64,000 nucleotides of DNA from Methanomassiliicoccaceae archaeon (GTDB taxonomy: Archaea; Thermoplasmatota; Thermoplasmata; Methanomassiliicoccales; UBA472). The notes below the pieces were generated by a model. It had not been told where the DNA came from. It made no database searches and saw only the letters and a program-made list of their open reading frames with translations. This document shows, piece by piece, positions 19,136 through 30,363 of this stretch (position 1 is its first letter; the number at the start of each line of letters is the position of its first letter). The stretch covers positions 79,776 through 143,775 of the forward strand of contig CAVYIY010000005.1 in the NCBI GenBank assembly GCA_963768775.1. The letters are read 5' to 3'. The position numbers were made by a program, and so were the translations under genes.

Positions 19136-19435
19136 TCAGACGATGGGATTGCCGCAGAAGGGGCATATCGTCGCATCCACGGGTATGACCTTCCCGCATT
19201 TCTCGCACAGCACCTCGTACTCGTTGACGTGGGCGGGGAAGGTGTTGCCCTCGATGTCCGGGCTCATTACTATCTGGAATCCGAAGAAGGCTATCACGAT
19301 GCCGACGATCATCACTGCGTAGAGGAAAATGTAGCCCTCGATGCTGGACATGAAGTTGGCAGCCAGTCCGCTGATCGACGACAAGAAGAAGATCACTCCC
19401 AGCAGCAGGAGCAGATAACCGGCGGACTTCCTCAT
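19136..19435 (-). CDS. Two-TM membrane protein with C-terminal zinc ribbon
   Basis: Two hydrophobic helices, CEKCG-x9-CPFCG. Confidence 0.75.
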   Translation of the reverse strand: MRKSAGYLLLLLGVIFFLSSISGLAANFMSSIEGYIFLYAVMIVGIVIAFFGFQIVMSPDIEGNTFPAHVNEYEVLCEKCGKVIPVDATICPFCGNPIV

Positions 19436-19520
19436 CGCCCCCTCAACCAGATTTGCCTACTTCAAGGTTGTTTCCGATTGCGCAACCATTATTCTCATCC
19501 ATGCGGGTACGAGAAGGGAC

Positions 19521-20522
19521 ATGGGAGAACGGGAATCGCGCTTGAGGGCGGACGCGGTCGAATGGCTGCTGGAGGAGGACGATCCGACGGTGCGCTATCT
19601 CACATTGCGCTACCTCCTGAAAAGGGAAGAAGGGGAAGAAGAGGTGGAGGAGGCCAAGAGGGACATAATGCGGATCGGCCCGGTCCCTAAGATCCTTGCC
19701 AAGCAGTCCCCGGAAGGGCACGGGGGCAGGCCCGAGGACTTCTACATGCGCAGCAAGTACCGGGGGACGATATGGAACCTGATCGTGCTAGCGGAGCTGT
19801 ACGCCGATCCCCAGGATGCGCGGATAAGGCGCGCCTACGAGTTCGTTCTGAAGTGGAGCCAGAACCCGGCCAGCGGAGGATTCTCGACCCTGGGTAGCGC
19901 GGATAATGGCGCAAGGCCGGAAAGCGAGATCCCCTGCCTGACGTCCAACATGGCCTTCTGCCTGGTCAGGCTGGGCATGCTCGACGATGCCAGAGTGCAG
20001 AAGGTCCTGCAGTGGATCGCCCGCTACCAAAGGTTCGACCTCCAGCCCTTCGCATCAAAGGAATGGCCGTATCAATACGACCACTGCTGGCGCAAGCATA
20101 CCTGCCGCTCGTCGGTCGCCAAGGCATTGAAGGCGCTGGCCGAGGTGCCCGAGGGAAGGAGGACGGAGGAGATGCGGATGGCGATCGATAATGCCAGGGA
20201 GTTCTTTCTCGTCCAGGACATCTACAAGAAAGGTCCAGGTTCGAGAGCGATTGCCAGGCGGGAGTGGCTCGATCTCGGCTTCCCGCTGATGTGGAACACC
20301 GATCTGTTGGAACTGCTGAATCTGTTGCTGCGCACCGGGGGCGAGGATAGCCGGATGCGCGATGCGGAGAAGCTGGTGCTCTCCAAACGGAAGCGGAACG
20401 GCCGCTGGGTGCAGGAGAATCGCTATCATGGCCGTTACCTGGTGACGATCGAGAGCAACGGCGCCGAGAGCAAATGGGTCACGTTGAACGCGCTGAGGAT
20501 GTTGGATGCGCTATCCAAGTAA
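19521..20522 (+). CDS. Prenyltransferase/squalene-cyclase-like alpha/alpha-toroid protein
   Basis: WLLE...P.VRY, Q...GG repeats, FP..W..DLLE.L, SKWVTL.AL. Confidence 0.65.
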   Translation: MGERESRLRADAVEWLLEEDDPTVRYLTLRYLLKREEGEEEVEEAKRDIMRIGPVPKILAKQSPEGHGGRPEDFYMRSKYRGTIWNLIVLAELYADPQDARIRRAYEFVLKWSQNPASGGFSTLGSADNGARPESEIPCLTSNMAFCLVRLGMLDDARVQKVLQWIARYQRFDLQPFASKEWPYQYDHCWRKHTCRSSVAKALKALAEVPEGRRTEEMRMAIDNAREFFLVQDIYKKGPGSRAIARREWLDLGFPLMWNTDLLELLNLLLRTGGEDSRMRDAEKLVLSKRKRNGRWVQENRYHGRYLVTIESNGAESKWVTLNALRMLDALSK

Positions 20523-20588
20523 GGCGCTTCCGAGCCTCCGGAGACCCGGTCGGTGGAGGTAAATAGCAGAGCTGGTATTGCTCCTGGG

Positions 20589-21566
20589 ATGGCAGGGGAT
20601 GCGCCACTTATCCGTCTGAACAACGGGATCGAGATCACCGGCGAGACGAAGTGCTATTTCGACCCCCGGAAGATCAAGGCCGACGCCATCAACTGCATCT
20701 CCCATGCCCATTCGGACCACCTGCCCAGGAGCTTCGAGGTCAACAAGGCCATAGCTTCGCCGGTGACGCTGAGGTGCGCCTCGGAGCGGGTGAAGCGCAC
20801 CATCGAGCCGGACCAATCGGACCGGGTGGAGATGCACGACGCCGGGCATATCATCGGCTCGCAGATGTTCCTGCTCAAGGATTCCCAGAAGGTGCTGTAT
20901 ACCGGCGACCTCTGCCCCCAGGACAGGATGGGGATGCACGGTGCCAGACCGGTCAAGACCGACACGTTGCTCATCGAGGCGACCTATGGGCGGCCGAGGT
21001 ACGTCTTCCCCCACCGGGACAAGATCGCGGGCATCATGCGCGACTGGGTGGAGGACAACCTGGCGCAGGGGCATCCAGTGGCATTGATGACCTACGCTCT
21101 GGGAAAGTCGCAAGTGCTGGCAAGATACTTCAGCGACCTCGAGCCCTACCTTCACGGCTCGGTGTGGAGCACAACCAAGATCGTGGAGGAGTGCTGCGGC
21201 GACCCGTACAACTGCCGGCATTACGACCAGGAGAAGATGGAAGGCCCATTCCTCATGATCTGCCCGATGGATGGTCGCGCCTCGGATTTCCGTTCCTACT
21301 GGCACAAGCGCGGAATGCGCTTCGCCGTCGTCACTGGATGGGTGATGGACGGGTGGTGGAAGCGCTCTTACGGGGTCGATGAGGGCTTCCCGCTGTCAGA
21401 CCATGCCGACTTCCCCGAGCTGATCGAGTTCGTCCGCGGCTGCTCTCCCTCCCGCGTCTACACAACGCATGGATTCGCCGAGGAGCTGGCGGTCAGCATC
21501 CAGGACAAGCTGGGGATCGAGGCGATACCGCTCAAGAGGAAGCAACGCTCGTTGGCCGAGTTCTAA
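20589..21566 (+). CDS. MBL-fold beta-CASP-type nuclease
   Basis: SHAHSDH, AGHIIGS, YTGD, EATYG, LSDHADF, HG motifs. Confidence 0.85.
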   Translation: MAGDAPLIRLNNGIEITGETKCYFDPRKIKADAINCISHAHSDHLPRSFEVNKAIASPVTLRCASERVKRTIEPDQSDRVEMHDAGHIIGSQMFLLKDSQKVLYTGDLCPQDRMGMHGARPVKTDTLLIEATYGRPRYVFPHRDKIAGIMRDWVEDNLAQGHPVALMTYALGKSQVLARYFSDLEPYLHGSVWSTTKIVEECCGDPYNCRHYDQEKMEGPFLMICPMDGRASDFRSYWHKRGMRFAVVTGWVMDGWWKRSYGVDEGFPLSDHADFPELIEFVRGCSPSRVYTTHGFAEELAVSIQDKLGIEAIPLKRKQRSLAEF

Positions 21567-21595
21567 TGCGTTCGATATCAATGATAAGAGATTGA

Positions 21596-22582
21596 TCATT
21601 CAGCGTCGCTTGCTGGCCGTTTCTGGCTGGCGCCGGTCTCCCACATCTTCGGATAGGTCCCGGTCTCCATGAACACCCGGTCGGTGCGCGCCGCGATGCC
21701 CTCCCGCGCCCGCTTCATCTCATCGCCGCCCATTTGAGCGATGCCCAGGCCGACGCCCTCGCCCTTGGCGCTCATGAATGCTATGGTCTGCCCCTTCTGG
21801 ATCGACTCCTCGTGCTTGGAGATGCCCACCACCGCCAGATCGGCACCGTGGCATATGGCGTCGATGGCGCTGTCCTTCAACACGATCTTCGGCAGCGGCT
21901 CCAGGAGCATCTCGAAGGGCTTCACCATGCTCCTCAATGCCGTCTCGTCGCCTTCCTTCCAGTAGACGACCGCGTCCCTCAGGTCCTGCAGCGTGACCGA
22001 ATCGCGCTCCAGCATCGAGCCGGAGCGGGTGCGCCTCAGGTCCTCCATGTGCGCCCCGACGCCGAGCGCCTCGCCCACGTCGACGCACAATGTCCGAATG
22101 TAAGTCCCGGCGTCGCAATTGATGCGGAACAGCACGTCCCTTCCCACCAGCTCCAGGACCTTGATCGAGTGAACGTTGCGCACGCGCACCTGCCGCTTCA
22201 CCGCGGCCCGCACCGGCGGGACCTGATAGATGTCACCGAGGAACGTCGCCAGGACTCGGCGCACCGCCGCCTCGTCCTTGTCCCGGTGCAGGGTCATCAT
22301 GCAGACGTACTCCTTGTCGGAGCGGAGCACCAGGTCCGTCGCCTTGGTCGCCTTCCCCGTGGCGATGGGCAGCACCCCGCTCACCTTCGGGTCGAGCGTC
22401 CCCCCGTGACCGATCTTCTCCACCCCCAGGATGTCCCTCACCCACGCCGTCACCTGATGCGAGGTCGGGCCGATCGGCTTGTCGAGGTTGATCAGCCCGG
22501 CGGCGAGAAGCTCCTCCATGGATCGCTCTGAAGGCTTCTTGCCGTATCCCGTCTGCAGCGGGTCCCGGTCCTTGGTCCTCAT
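21596..22582 (-). CDS. cbf5: RNA-guided pseudouridine synthase Cbf5/TruB
   Basis: LDKP.GPTSHQV, GHGGTLDPKVSG, AGTYIR, C-terminal PUA domain. Confidence 0.97.
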   Translation of the reverse strand: MRTKDRDPLQTGYGKKPSERSMEELLAAGLINLDKPIGPTSHQVTAWVRDILGVEKIGHGGTLDPKVSGVLPIATGKATKATDLVLRSDKEYVCMMTLHRDKDEAAVRRVLATFLGDIYQVPPVRAAVKRQVRVRNVHSIKVLELVGRDVLFRINCDAGTYIRTLCVDVGEALGVGAHMEDLRRTRSGSMLERDSVTLQDLRDAVVYWKEGDETALRSMVKPFEMLLEPLPKIVLKDSAIDAICHGADLAVVGISKHEESIQKGQTIAFMSAKGEGVGLGIAQMGGDEMKRAREGIAARTDRVFMETGTYPKMWETGASQKRPASDAE

Positions 22583-23121
22583 GTGGGTCGTGGGAATCCC
22601 TCGAGCTTCTTGACGATGATCTCCACCACCTTCTCCGGCGGTACGTCGCTCGTATCTACGATCAAATCGTACACGCTCTTGTCGTTTATGTCGATGCCGT
22701 ACCATTGCGCATAGCGGACCGCTTCGCACCGCTCGCGTTCCAGCATCTCCGCCATCACCGCTTTGAGGTCCCCCTTCTCCCGCTCCAGTATCCTGGCCGC
22801 GCGGACCATGGGGTCGGCATCGAGATAGACCTTGAACGCCACCATGTCCTGCCGGGCGAGGTTGTGGCCGGCCAGGCGCCCCTCCAGCACGATGTCGCTG
22901 TCCGCCGCGGCCATGGTGACCATGGAATCATCGATCATGCGGTCGTACTTGGGGTCCTCTTCGGCGAGCTTCCCGAACTCCGTCAATGTCAGATTCAGCT
23001 TCGCCGCCATCTCGCGGAAGACGGTGCCAGAAATGACATACCGATAGCCTAGCCTCGCCGCCAATAGCTTGCACACCGTGGTCTTGCCGGACCCTGGGGG
23101 TCCAGAGATGGTGATCCTCAT
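22579..23121 (-). CDS. cmk: Cytidylate kinase
   Basis: ITISGPPGSGKTT, EGRLAG, YGID. Confidence 0.95.
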   Translation of the reverse strand: MRITISGPPGSGKTTVCKLLAARLGYRYVISGTVFREMAAKLNLTLTEFGKLAEEDPKYDRMIDDSMVTMAAADSDIVLEGRLAGHNLARQDMVAFKVYLDADPMVRAARILEREKGDLKAVMAEMLERERCEAVRYAQWYGIDINDKSVYDLIVDTSDVPPEKVVEIIVKKLEGFPRPT

Positions 23122-23800
23122 GGATTCCCTGCCGCGATCTCGTTAAGACGCTTTCTGAAGTCGTAGTAACGCAGCAGTCGCGACAGGATCTGGCTGAATG
23201 GAATGCTGATCAGGGAGTAGAGCAACACCCAGTTGGGGAAGGAGGTTCGAGGGCGTTGAGGTCGACGTTAAAGGACCAGGGCACGGCGACCAATGGCGAG
23301 GTGATCTGGAACATGAAGACCGCCACCCATGCGAAGATGGGCACTACGATCAACATCGTTACCGGCATCAGCTTCAGCTGCGAGCCGCTCATCTTCATGG
23401 ACTTCTCCATGATCTTCGGCTGCATTTCCATGAGCTTCTTCGTCTTGAAGGTGTTGTTCTCCAACCTCGCTTGGCGAAGCTCCTTGTTGAAGGCGCCCAC
23501 GATCTTCTGGCTCTCTGCCTGCTGCACGTAGTCGGTGAAGAAGTGGCGCACCACGACCGTGAGCCCGGTCATGAACATTCCGGCGAGGACGAGCGTCAAG
23601 GTCGGATAGTTGCCCCCGAAGCCGATGAGCGGCCCCAGTGCCATGCCCACGACGTTGCCCAATGCCTCTCGCAGCACCGGGTCGAACAGCACGAACACGG
23701 CCAGGATGAACATGAATATGGTGAAGAAGCGGGACATGCCTCCGGCCCCGCCGCCGAACATTCCTCCGGAACCCGTTCCGGTGCTAGGTTGCTCTGCCAT
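23118..23800 (-). CDS. DUF106/EMC3-TMCO1 family membrane insertase (frameshift ~23240)
   Basis: Position after secY; TM-coiled coil-TM layout; W..LY...SIP C-terminus in another frame. Confidence 0.85.
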
Positions 23801-23802
23801 GC

Positions 23803-25354
23803 TCACTCACCTCCGAAGAACTGCCTGAGCACAGGATGCATCTCCATCATCTGCTCTCGGCTGATCGCCTCGTAGAACTGGATCATGATGCCCACTGACA
23901 GCAGCACTCCGGTACCGGAGGCATTGCCCACCGTCCCGATAAGGTCTGCGCCCGCCGCAAGAGCACCTACGGTAGCTCCGGATATCACGGTGACGACAGG
24001 AATGTATCGTTCCAGCACCCGCTTGAGCACCCTCGGGTCCCGCCTGAAACCAGGTATCTGCAGCCCGCTGGACTCGATCTGCTTCGCGACCGCCTCCGGC
24101 CCCATGTTGGTGGTGGATATCCAGAACTTGGCGAAGAGGACCGAGCCTCCGATCATCACACCCAGGTACAGCAATACCCGAGCTATGAGCTGCAATTGGC
24201 CATGGCCATAGACCAGGGTGCTGTACCTATCCGGCGACAGCAATGGCAAGAGCCAATCACCCAGGCCTCGTGGCGTCGCCAGGTACCAGGCCAGACCGGC
24301 CGTCGGATAGGAACCGCTCGTGGCCGTATAGGTGCCTAGCCACCACTGTCCTCCGACGAGAGGCAGGCCTTTCAACGCCCCATTGGTATACAATAGCAGC
24401 GCGAACATGCTGACGTTAGCCAGCAATGCCGCCATCAGTATGACCGGGATGTTCGATGCGTAGATGAGCTTGATCGGATAGCGCCCTCTTGCCCCTCGAG
24501 CATCGCCGTGGGACAAAGGCAGCTCGATGCGGACGGATTCGACGTAGGCAACGAACATGAAGATGGCAATCGTGCCGATCAGCGCAATGACAGGATTGGG
24601 ATTTTGTAGCAGTATCTGCTCGTAGCCGCCCGTCGTCATGCCCGATGCGGACGTTTGGCTGATGATGTAGAGCGTCTTCGGTATCGTGCCTGCAGGCGGA
24701 TTGGTCAGGCTGACCGGGTTGGTCAGATCGCTAGGTTGCCAGTTGAGCGACCCAGTGAATATGGCTTGCGCTACGCCCGCCGCGATGAACAGCGAGATGC
24801 CGCTCCCGATCCCCCATTTGGACACTACCTCGTCCATCAGGAATACGATGTAGGACCCGATGAACAGCTGCAGGACGATTATGATTCGCGCCAGGTCTAG
24901 TCCCGACGTTGCCAACCAGTCCCGTGGATGGGACCAGGTAGCCGAACACCTGGGGCACCGCTTCCACCAGGATCATGACCAAGACGAGGAACTTCTGCGA
25001 GCTCTGATAGACCGCCTTGTCGTCCGAGTTGGAGAGATCGAGCTTGATGATCTTGGCGCCCACGAACAACTGCATGATGATGGACGCCGTGACTATCGGG
25101 CCGATGCCGAGGTGCATCAGCGAACCCTGAGCCCCGGCGAGAATGGCGCGATAGGAAGCGAAGATGTCTATGGTCCGGCTCTTGTCCAGGCCGTAGATGA
25201 AGACGTTTGTCATCACGAAGTAGAAGACCAGGATGACAATGACCCATAGCATTTTGGTGCGGAAGTGCACGTGCCCTTCCGGCTTGGAGACCGCCGGTAT
25301 CCTGTCCGTCAGCGGCTTAAGCCTGTAAAGCAGGCTCTTCTTCTCTTCAGCCAT
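23803..25354 (-). CDS. secY: Preprotein translocase SecY (frameshift ~24900)
   Basis: LGIGPIVTASII.QL, SKWGIGSGISLFI, YPIKL.YASNIP, IPGFRRD. Confidence 0.97.
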
Positions 25355-25371
25355 GGTCAATCACAAGGTCG

Positions 25372-25800
25372 TCACTGTGGCTGGACGATCGCTCCACCCG
25401 CTGCTTCGATCTTCTGCTTTGCAGTCTCCGATGTCTCAGACACAACGATCTCGAATTTCTGTTGTACCTTCCCGAAACCGAGCAGCTTGTCCACTCCCAT
25501 CTCAGTGAGATTGACTACCGTCTTGTCGCCCTTCTTCACGGCGAAACCGTCCTTCGTAAGCTTCTCAAGGATCTCTTGGATCTCGCCCACGTTTAGAGTT
25601 ATCTTGGCGGAGACCATTTCCTGAGGCCGCTTGAAACCATGCCGTCCGAAGTGATCGGGCATGTACTTCAGCATGTACATGACCTTGTGCTTGTGCAATC
25701 CGGCGTTTCCGTGTCCGCCACGGAGGCCGGCACCCCTGCCGTGCTTCTTGCCCCGGCCATGAGTGCGACTTCCCCTGAACTTCTTAGTCTTGCTTGGCAT
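25372..25800 (-). CDS. rpl15: Ribosomal protein uL15
   Basis: RGSRTHGRG, RGG.GNAG..KHK, KIEAAGG. Confidence 0.97.
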   Translation of the reverse strand: MPSKTKKFRGSRTHGRGKKHGRGAGLRGGHGNAGLHKHKVMYMLKYMPDHFGRHGFKRPQEMVSAKITLNVGEIQEILEKLTKDGFAVKKGDKTVVNLTEMGVDKLLGFGKVQQKFEIVVSETSETAKQKIEAAGGAIVQPQ

Positions 25801-25828
25801 GTCAGATTCCCCGAATGTAATATTGCTA

Positions 25829-26296
25829 TTATAACATTCTCTCAATGAGCTCGTTGATGGTCTTCCCTCGATATCCCAGCGCGCCGCCCACTTTGTACGA
25901 GCGTTTGTTGCCCTCGTACCCCTTCTTCGGGGGGCTGAGCCGGAACAGCGGCTTGACTCCGTCCAACGAGGCATAGGTGATATCGCCCTTCTTGATGGCC
26001 TTGGCGAGCGAGATGATCGAAGTATATTTCTTCGTTATCTCCTTGATCGCCGCGTCATCGATCGGCACGTCACCGACCATCCTGCCGCGGAACTTGATCA
26101 TCTTGGCCAGGACGGTCTCGTCCACCTCGCCCCAGGTGACGTAATCCTTCGTCTTGTGGAGCATGCCCTGAACGACATCGTTCTGGGGCAGAACCACGCA
26201 ATGGTTCGGGCGGGTCAGCTTCATCATCTTCATCGTGTCCTCGATGTCCTTGTTGACACCAGCGTGCCCGCGAACCCTTACAATTGCGTAAGCCAT
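25829..26296 (-). CDS. rpl30: Ribosomal protein uL30
   Basis: AIVRVRG, KDYVTWGE, FRL.PP.KG, GALGYRG. Confidence 0.95.
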   Translation of the reverse strand: MAYAIVRVRGHAGVNKDIEDTMKMMKLTRPNHCVVLPQNDVVQGMLHKTKDYVTWGEVDETVLAKMIKFRGRMVGDVPIDDAAIKEITKKYTSIISLAKAIKKGDITYASLDGVKPLFRLSPPKKGYEGNKRSYKVGGALGYRGKTINELIERML

Positions 26297-26300
26297 GTAA

Positions 26301-27005
26301 TCACTGCTCCTTCTGTGCGACCGGTTCCGCGGCCTTCGCCGGCTCAACGTTCGTCACGGCGACGTGGACGCTCACCGGCCCGGAAACGATCTTCAGGCGG
26401 TTCCTCTGGTCCTCGGTCACACGGATCTGAGCGGTCTTCTTCAGCGCCTCGAACGTGGCGATGGCATAGTTCACAGTGGTCTTGGTGTGTCCGTCCACAA
26501 ATCCCCAGGAGTCCTTCACTCCCGCTAGCTGCAGCAAGCTCTTCGCCACATCTCCAGTCGCCAGTCCGATGCCGCGCGGTGCTGGCTTCAGGTGGACCTC
26601 TACCGAGCCTGCCTTGCCCACGACCTCGAACGGCAGCGAATGGGGCGTGCCGCAACCGCACTCCCAGGACCCGCAGCCGCGCTTGATCTCGATGATGTTG
26701 AGCTTGGCGTTGTCGATCGCCTTCCTGATGGAGGGACCGACCTCCCTTCCCTTCGACATGCCGATGCCGACGAACCCATCGCCGTTGCCGACCGCGCAGG
26801 TGATGCGGAACCTTACCCTCCGCCCTGAGTCGGTCATCCTCTGCACGATGTTGACGTCGATGACCTCGTCCTTCAGGTCCGGCAGGAGGATGTCCACGAT
26901 CTCTGGCTCCCTTAGGGGCAGCTTGGTGGCCAGCGCCTGGCTCATCGTGGTGACCTCACCGTTGAGCACCATCTTGCCCAGCCTTGTCTTCGGAGTCCAA
27001 TCCAT
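26301..27005 (-). CDS. rps5: Ribosomal protein uS5
   Basis: [24 protein letters not shown]. Confidence 0.97.
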   Translation of the reverse strand: MDWTPKTRLGKMVLNGEVTTMSQALATKLPLREPEIVDILLPDLKDEVIDVNIVQRMTDSGRRVRFRITCAVGNGDGFVGIGMSKGREVGPSIRKAIDNAKLNIIEIKRGCGSWECGCGTPHSLPFEVVGKAGSVEVHLKPAPRGIGLATGDVAKSLLQLAGVKDSWGFVDGHTKTTVNYAIATFEALKKTAQIRVTEDQRNRLKIVSGPVSVHVAVTNVEPAKAAEPVAQKEQ

Positions 27006-27006
27006 T

Positions 27007-27508
27007 TTAATCCGCCTCCATGCGGTTCTTGACCTCTTCGATCATCTTTTCCATCTCGGCCTTGATATGCTTGCCCTTCAAGCCGATCCTCGGAGGGCAG
27101 GATCTCCTCCCCATAGGGGATCTCGAGCCCTGCATCCAGCAGTCCCTTGAGTGTGGCAAAGCAAGCGGCGCCCTTCACCGGCTTCTGCAGCCCGATGTCC
27201 AGCACCGCCTCGTTCACGCCCTTCTTCGCCGCTCGCTTACCGGCCAGGTAGCCGGTCAGGTAGGCAGCGGGCAGGTTGCCGGTGGAGCCGACCCATCCCA
27301 TCTCCAATAGCTCCTTGGAGTGGGCGGTGGCGAGCACCCGGTCACCCTTCGCATCGTACTCGACGAACTGAACGCTCGTGTGTCGCAGCGTGTTCCTCAC
27401 CACCGCTCGAGGGACCCGGCCCCGGAGCAGGCGGGCGCGCTGCCGATAATCGGTCCTGCCTTCGCGCCTGCGGCGGAAGGGGACCTTGTAACGCGGTCCA
27501 TTGGCCAT
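27007..27508 (-). CDS. rpl18: Ribosomal protein uL18 (frameshift near C-terminus)
   Basis: [27 protein letters not shown]. Confidence 0.95.
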
Positions 27509-27963
27509 TACTTAACCTCCTTCAGAAGACCTCCCATCTGGAGGTGGGAGATGAGGTTCTTGCGGCTCTTGAACTGACCGCCCTTCGCCTTCATGTAGAA
27601 AGCGCGGTAGGTCTTGCGCGTGATCTTGTCCGAGTCCCGCAACTGCTTCAGCTCCGCCCTGATGGGGCGTATGGTCTGTATCCAATTCCTCTTCTTCGGC
27701 GTCCTGGCGCCGGAGGTACCCTTCCTGCTGCCCGGTCCGCGCTGTCTCCCCTTCGCCTTCTGGGCTAGCCTATAGCGGGTTCGGCCGCGGGAAATGCCCT
27801 GCTTGGGGAGAGCGCGTATGGTCCCGGACTCGATCGCGGTTCGGATGTCCGCGCGAGTGATGGCGTCTGCCACGTCCTCCTGCCGGTTCGGGTCGATCCA
27901 TACCCGGGTCTCACCGCACTTGAGGATGATGGCTGCCATTCGCTTTTGGTTCTTAAGGTCCAT
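27508..27963 (-). CDS. rpl19e: Ribosomal protein eL19
   Basis: L..QKR.AA, RVWIDP, G.GSRKG, KAKGG.F. Confidence 0.97.
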   Translation of the reverse strand: MDLKNQKRMAAIILKCGETRVWIDPNRQEDVADAITRADIRTAIESGTIRALPKQGISRGRTRYRLAQKAKGRQRGPGSRKGTSGARTPKKRNWIQTIRPIRAELKQLRDSDKITRKTYRAFYMKAKGGQFKSRKNLISHLQMGGLLKEVK

Positions 27964-27966
27964 TGC

Positions 27967-28746
27967 TTATCCCGTCCTGTTGAGTACTCTGATGCCCAAT
28001 TCATCGGCGCGCTTCTCGATGGCTAGTCGCTTTTTGAAGCCGACCGTGCCGCCGACCCTGGCCGCTTGGATTTTGGGGTTGATCTTCTCTAATTGTGCCG
28101 GGTTGTGCACCATGACCTCCTGGAATCCAGAGGGATGGTAGCCACGGACTTCCTTGGGGCTGCCGTAGCCGATGCTCACGATCGGGGGGCGGTAGCCGTA
28201 ATGCCGGCGCATCTTGGAGTGGATGCCCTTGGGCTTCCTCCAGACCTCGCCCAGCCGGGCGAAACGGAACCATTCCTGCCTCAGGAAGGCTGGCCGGCGG
28301 TCGTCGATGGCGGCGCGCTTCGCCAATAGGTCGATTGTCCTTGCGTCCAGCTCGGGCTTGATCTTGGTGACGTAGGCTCCCTCGGGGACCACCTCGGCTT
28401 CGGCCGGATACTCCACGATCTCGGTCGTGGCCTCCTCCGCCTTCTTCGCCTTGGGCAGCTTCTTCGCCTTCTTCTCCTCCACCGGGGCGGGGGCTTCCTC
28501 CACTATCTCCGTCTCTTCGGGCGACAGCGATTCCTGCAGAAGCTCGATCCAGTGCTCGGCGTGCTTCTCGCCGACGCCCTTGAGCTTCTTGCCGCCGATG
28601 ATATCCTTGAACTGCTCCTCGTCGGTGAGGGCGTCCAGCAGGTCCTCTGGGGTCTCGATGCCCATCTCCTTCAGGACCGCGCCGTACTCCTCCTTGTAGT
28701 AGGGGAGGTCGGCGATGGACTTGATTTCGTTCTTGGACTTGCTCAT
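27967..28746 (-). CDS. rpl32e: Ribosomal protein eL32 with long N-terminal HhH-like/acidic extension
   Basis: C-terminal P.F.RQ, WRKPKG..SKMR, HPSG..EV; N-terminal LKGVGEK. Confidence 0.93.
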   Translation of the reverse strand: MSKSKNEIKSIADLPYYKEEYGAVLKEMGIETPEDLLDALTDEEQFKDIIGGKKLKGVGEKHAEHWIELLQESLSPEETEIVEEAPAPVEEKKAKKLPKAKKAEEATTEIVEYPAEAEVVPEGAYVTKIKPELDARTIDLLAKRAAIDDRRPAFLRQEWFRFARLGEVWRKPKGIHSKMRRHYGYRPPIVSIGYGSPKEVRGYHPSGFQEVMVHNPAQLEKINPKIQAARVGGTVGFKKRLAIEKRADELGIRVLNRTG

Positions 28747-29294
28747 GCCTTCACCTTCCTTGCCTTCTCGACTGATGTATATGCCGTCCTGGAAGACGCG
28801 CGGGTCGAAGTTCCTGATCTTGCAGGCGCGCTCGATGTTCGCCGCCGTCTGTCCGACCGCCTCGACATCGATGCCGTGCAGCACCACCTCGCTCCCTTGA
28901 CCGTGATCTTGGTCTCGCCGATGATGTTCGCGTGCCTCGGGCTCTTCTCGCCGAGGAAGTTCTCGATGATGAACTTGTCGCCCTTCACCGTGGCCTTCAT
29001 GGGGAAGTGGGAGTAGACGATCTTCATGTGGTACTCGAAACCGCCCGTCACTCCATCGATCATGTTCTGGATGTGCGAGGCGAACGTCCCGACCATCGCC
29101 TTCTCCTTCACCTTGGGGTACTCGCAGCTGACGGTCACATTGTCCTCGATCAGCCCGATCTTCACCTTGGGGTGGGAGAAGTCCCGGCTCAGCTGTCCGG
29201 CCTTGCCGGAGACAGTTACCTTGGACCCTTCTACCTTGACCTTGACGCCTTGGGGGATCTCCACCTTCTCCTCGATTGTACCAGTTAGTGTCAT
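28743..29294 (-). CDS. rpl6: Ribosomal protein uL6 (compensating frameshifts)
   Basis: [30 protein letters not shown] across frames. Confidence 0.93.
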   Translation of the reverse strand: MTLTGTIEEKVEIPQGVKVKVEGSKVTVSGKAGQLSRDFSHPKVKIGLIEDNVTVSCEYPKVKEKAMVGTFASHIQNMIDGVTGGFEYHMKIVYSHFPMKATVKGDKFIIENFLGEKSPRHANIIGETKITVKGARWCCTASMSRRSDRRRRTSSAPARSGTSTRASSRTAYTSVEKARKVKA

Positions 29295-29305
29295 GGCTAT
29301 CCACC

Positions 29306-29695
29306 TCAGTACACGTACGCCAGCAGCTTGCCGCCCACTCCCAGCTCCTTGGCCTTCATGTGGCTGACCACACCCGCGGTGGTCGTGAGGATCAGCACAC
29401 CGAAGTCCTGGGCTGGAAGGTAACGGGACTCCCACTTCTCCAGGTCGGTCTTCTGCACCGAGTAGCGGGGCTTGATGACGCCGCAGTTGTTTATCCTGCC
29501 TTCGAGCATCACCTTGAACACGCCGGCCTTTCCATCTTCTACGAACTCGAATTGGTCGATGTAACCAGATTCTTGCATGACCTTGAGCACGCGCCCGATG
29601 AGCTTGGACGAGGGCTTGATGGTGCACTCGTTCTTGCCAACATTGGCGGCGTTCTTGATCGTCGACATCGCATCGTTAAGGGGATCGTTTTGCAT
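29306..29695 (-). CDS. rps8: Ribosomal protein uS8
   Basis: [22 protein letters not shown]. Confidence 0.97.
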   Translation of the reverse strand: MQNDPLNDAMSTIKNAANVGKNECTIKPSSKLIGRVLKVMQESGYIDQFEFVEDGKAGVFKVMLEGRINNCGVIKPRYSVQKTDLEKWESRYLPAQDFGVLILTTTAGVVSHMKAKELGVGGKLLAYVY

Positions 29696-29705
29696 TTTTT
29701 CCACC

Positions 29706-29852
29706 TCACGAGTACTTCTTGAATCCTATCTGCGGGGCGATCTCACGGAAGCACTGGCGGCACAGATGCATGCCGTACCTCCTCACTATGCCTCTCTTCC
29801 TGCCGCAGCGGGTGCAGCCTATGGTCCTTCCGAACTGCTTCTTGGGCTTCAC
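29706..29852 (-). CDS. rps14: Ribosomal protein uS14
   Basis: CTRCG...[17 protein letters not shown]. Confidence 0.95.
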   Translation of the reverse strand: MKPKKQFGRTIGCTRCGRKRGIVRRYGMHLCRQCFREIAPQIGFKKYS

Positions 29853-30363
29853 TCGACCACCTCTGCGTTGAACTTCTGCTTCATGAAAACAATCGCCTCC
29901 TGGCGGGTCATGCGGTGCTCTTTGGGCAACCGGCGCTTCATGACCCTGCGCTGCGTGACGCGGTATCCAGGTCTCTGGATGACCACGCTGACGTCCATTC
30001 CGAAGATGCCGATCTCCGGGTCGTACCTCATGCCCTCGAAATCGGTGTAGTCCGGCACACCGAAGGACAGGTTGCCCTCCCGGTCGAAGGAATAGGAAGC
30101 GATCCTGCGCTCCCTGGTCCCCAGCGCTCGGTTCAGGAACTTCTCGGCCTCGTCGCCCCTCAGGGTGACCTTGCACCCGATGGGCATGCCTTCCCTGACG
30201 CCCAGGTCTCGGTTGGTGACCTTGGCGGTGGTGATCTTCGGCTTCTGCTTGGTGACCATCTCCAGGACCTTCTGGGCCTTCACCAGTCGCTCGCCGGCCT
30301 CGCCGACGCCGATGTTGACGACGACCTTCTCGTACCTTGGCCTGCCTCATGATCGTCGCTCAT
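29849..30363 (-). CDS. rpl5: Ribosomal protein uL5 (frameshifted)
   Basis: [30 protein letters not shown]. Confidence 0.93.

Noticed and set aside
27967-29627. Apparent uS8-uL6-eL32 fusion ORFs
   Set aside because: Off-frame read-through of GC-rich DNA and indels; each gene has its own start and stop.
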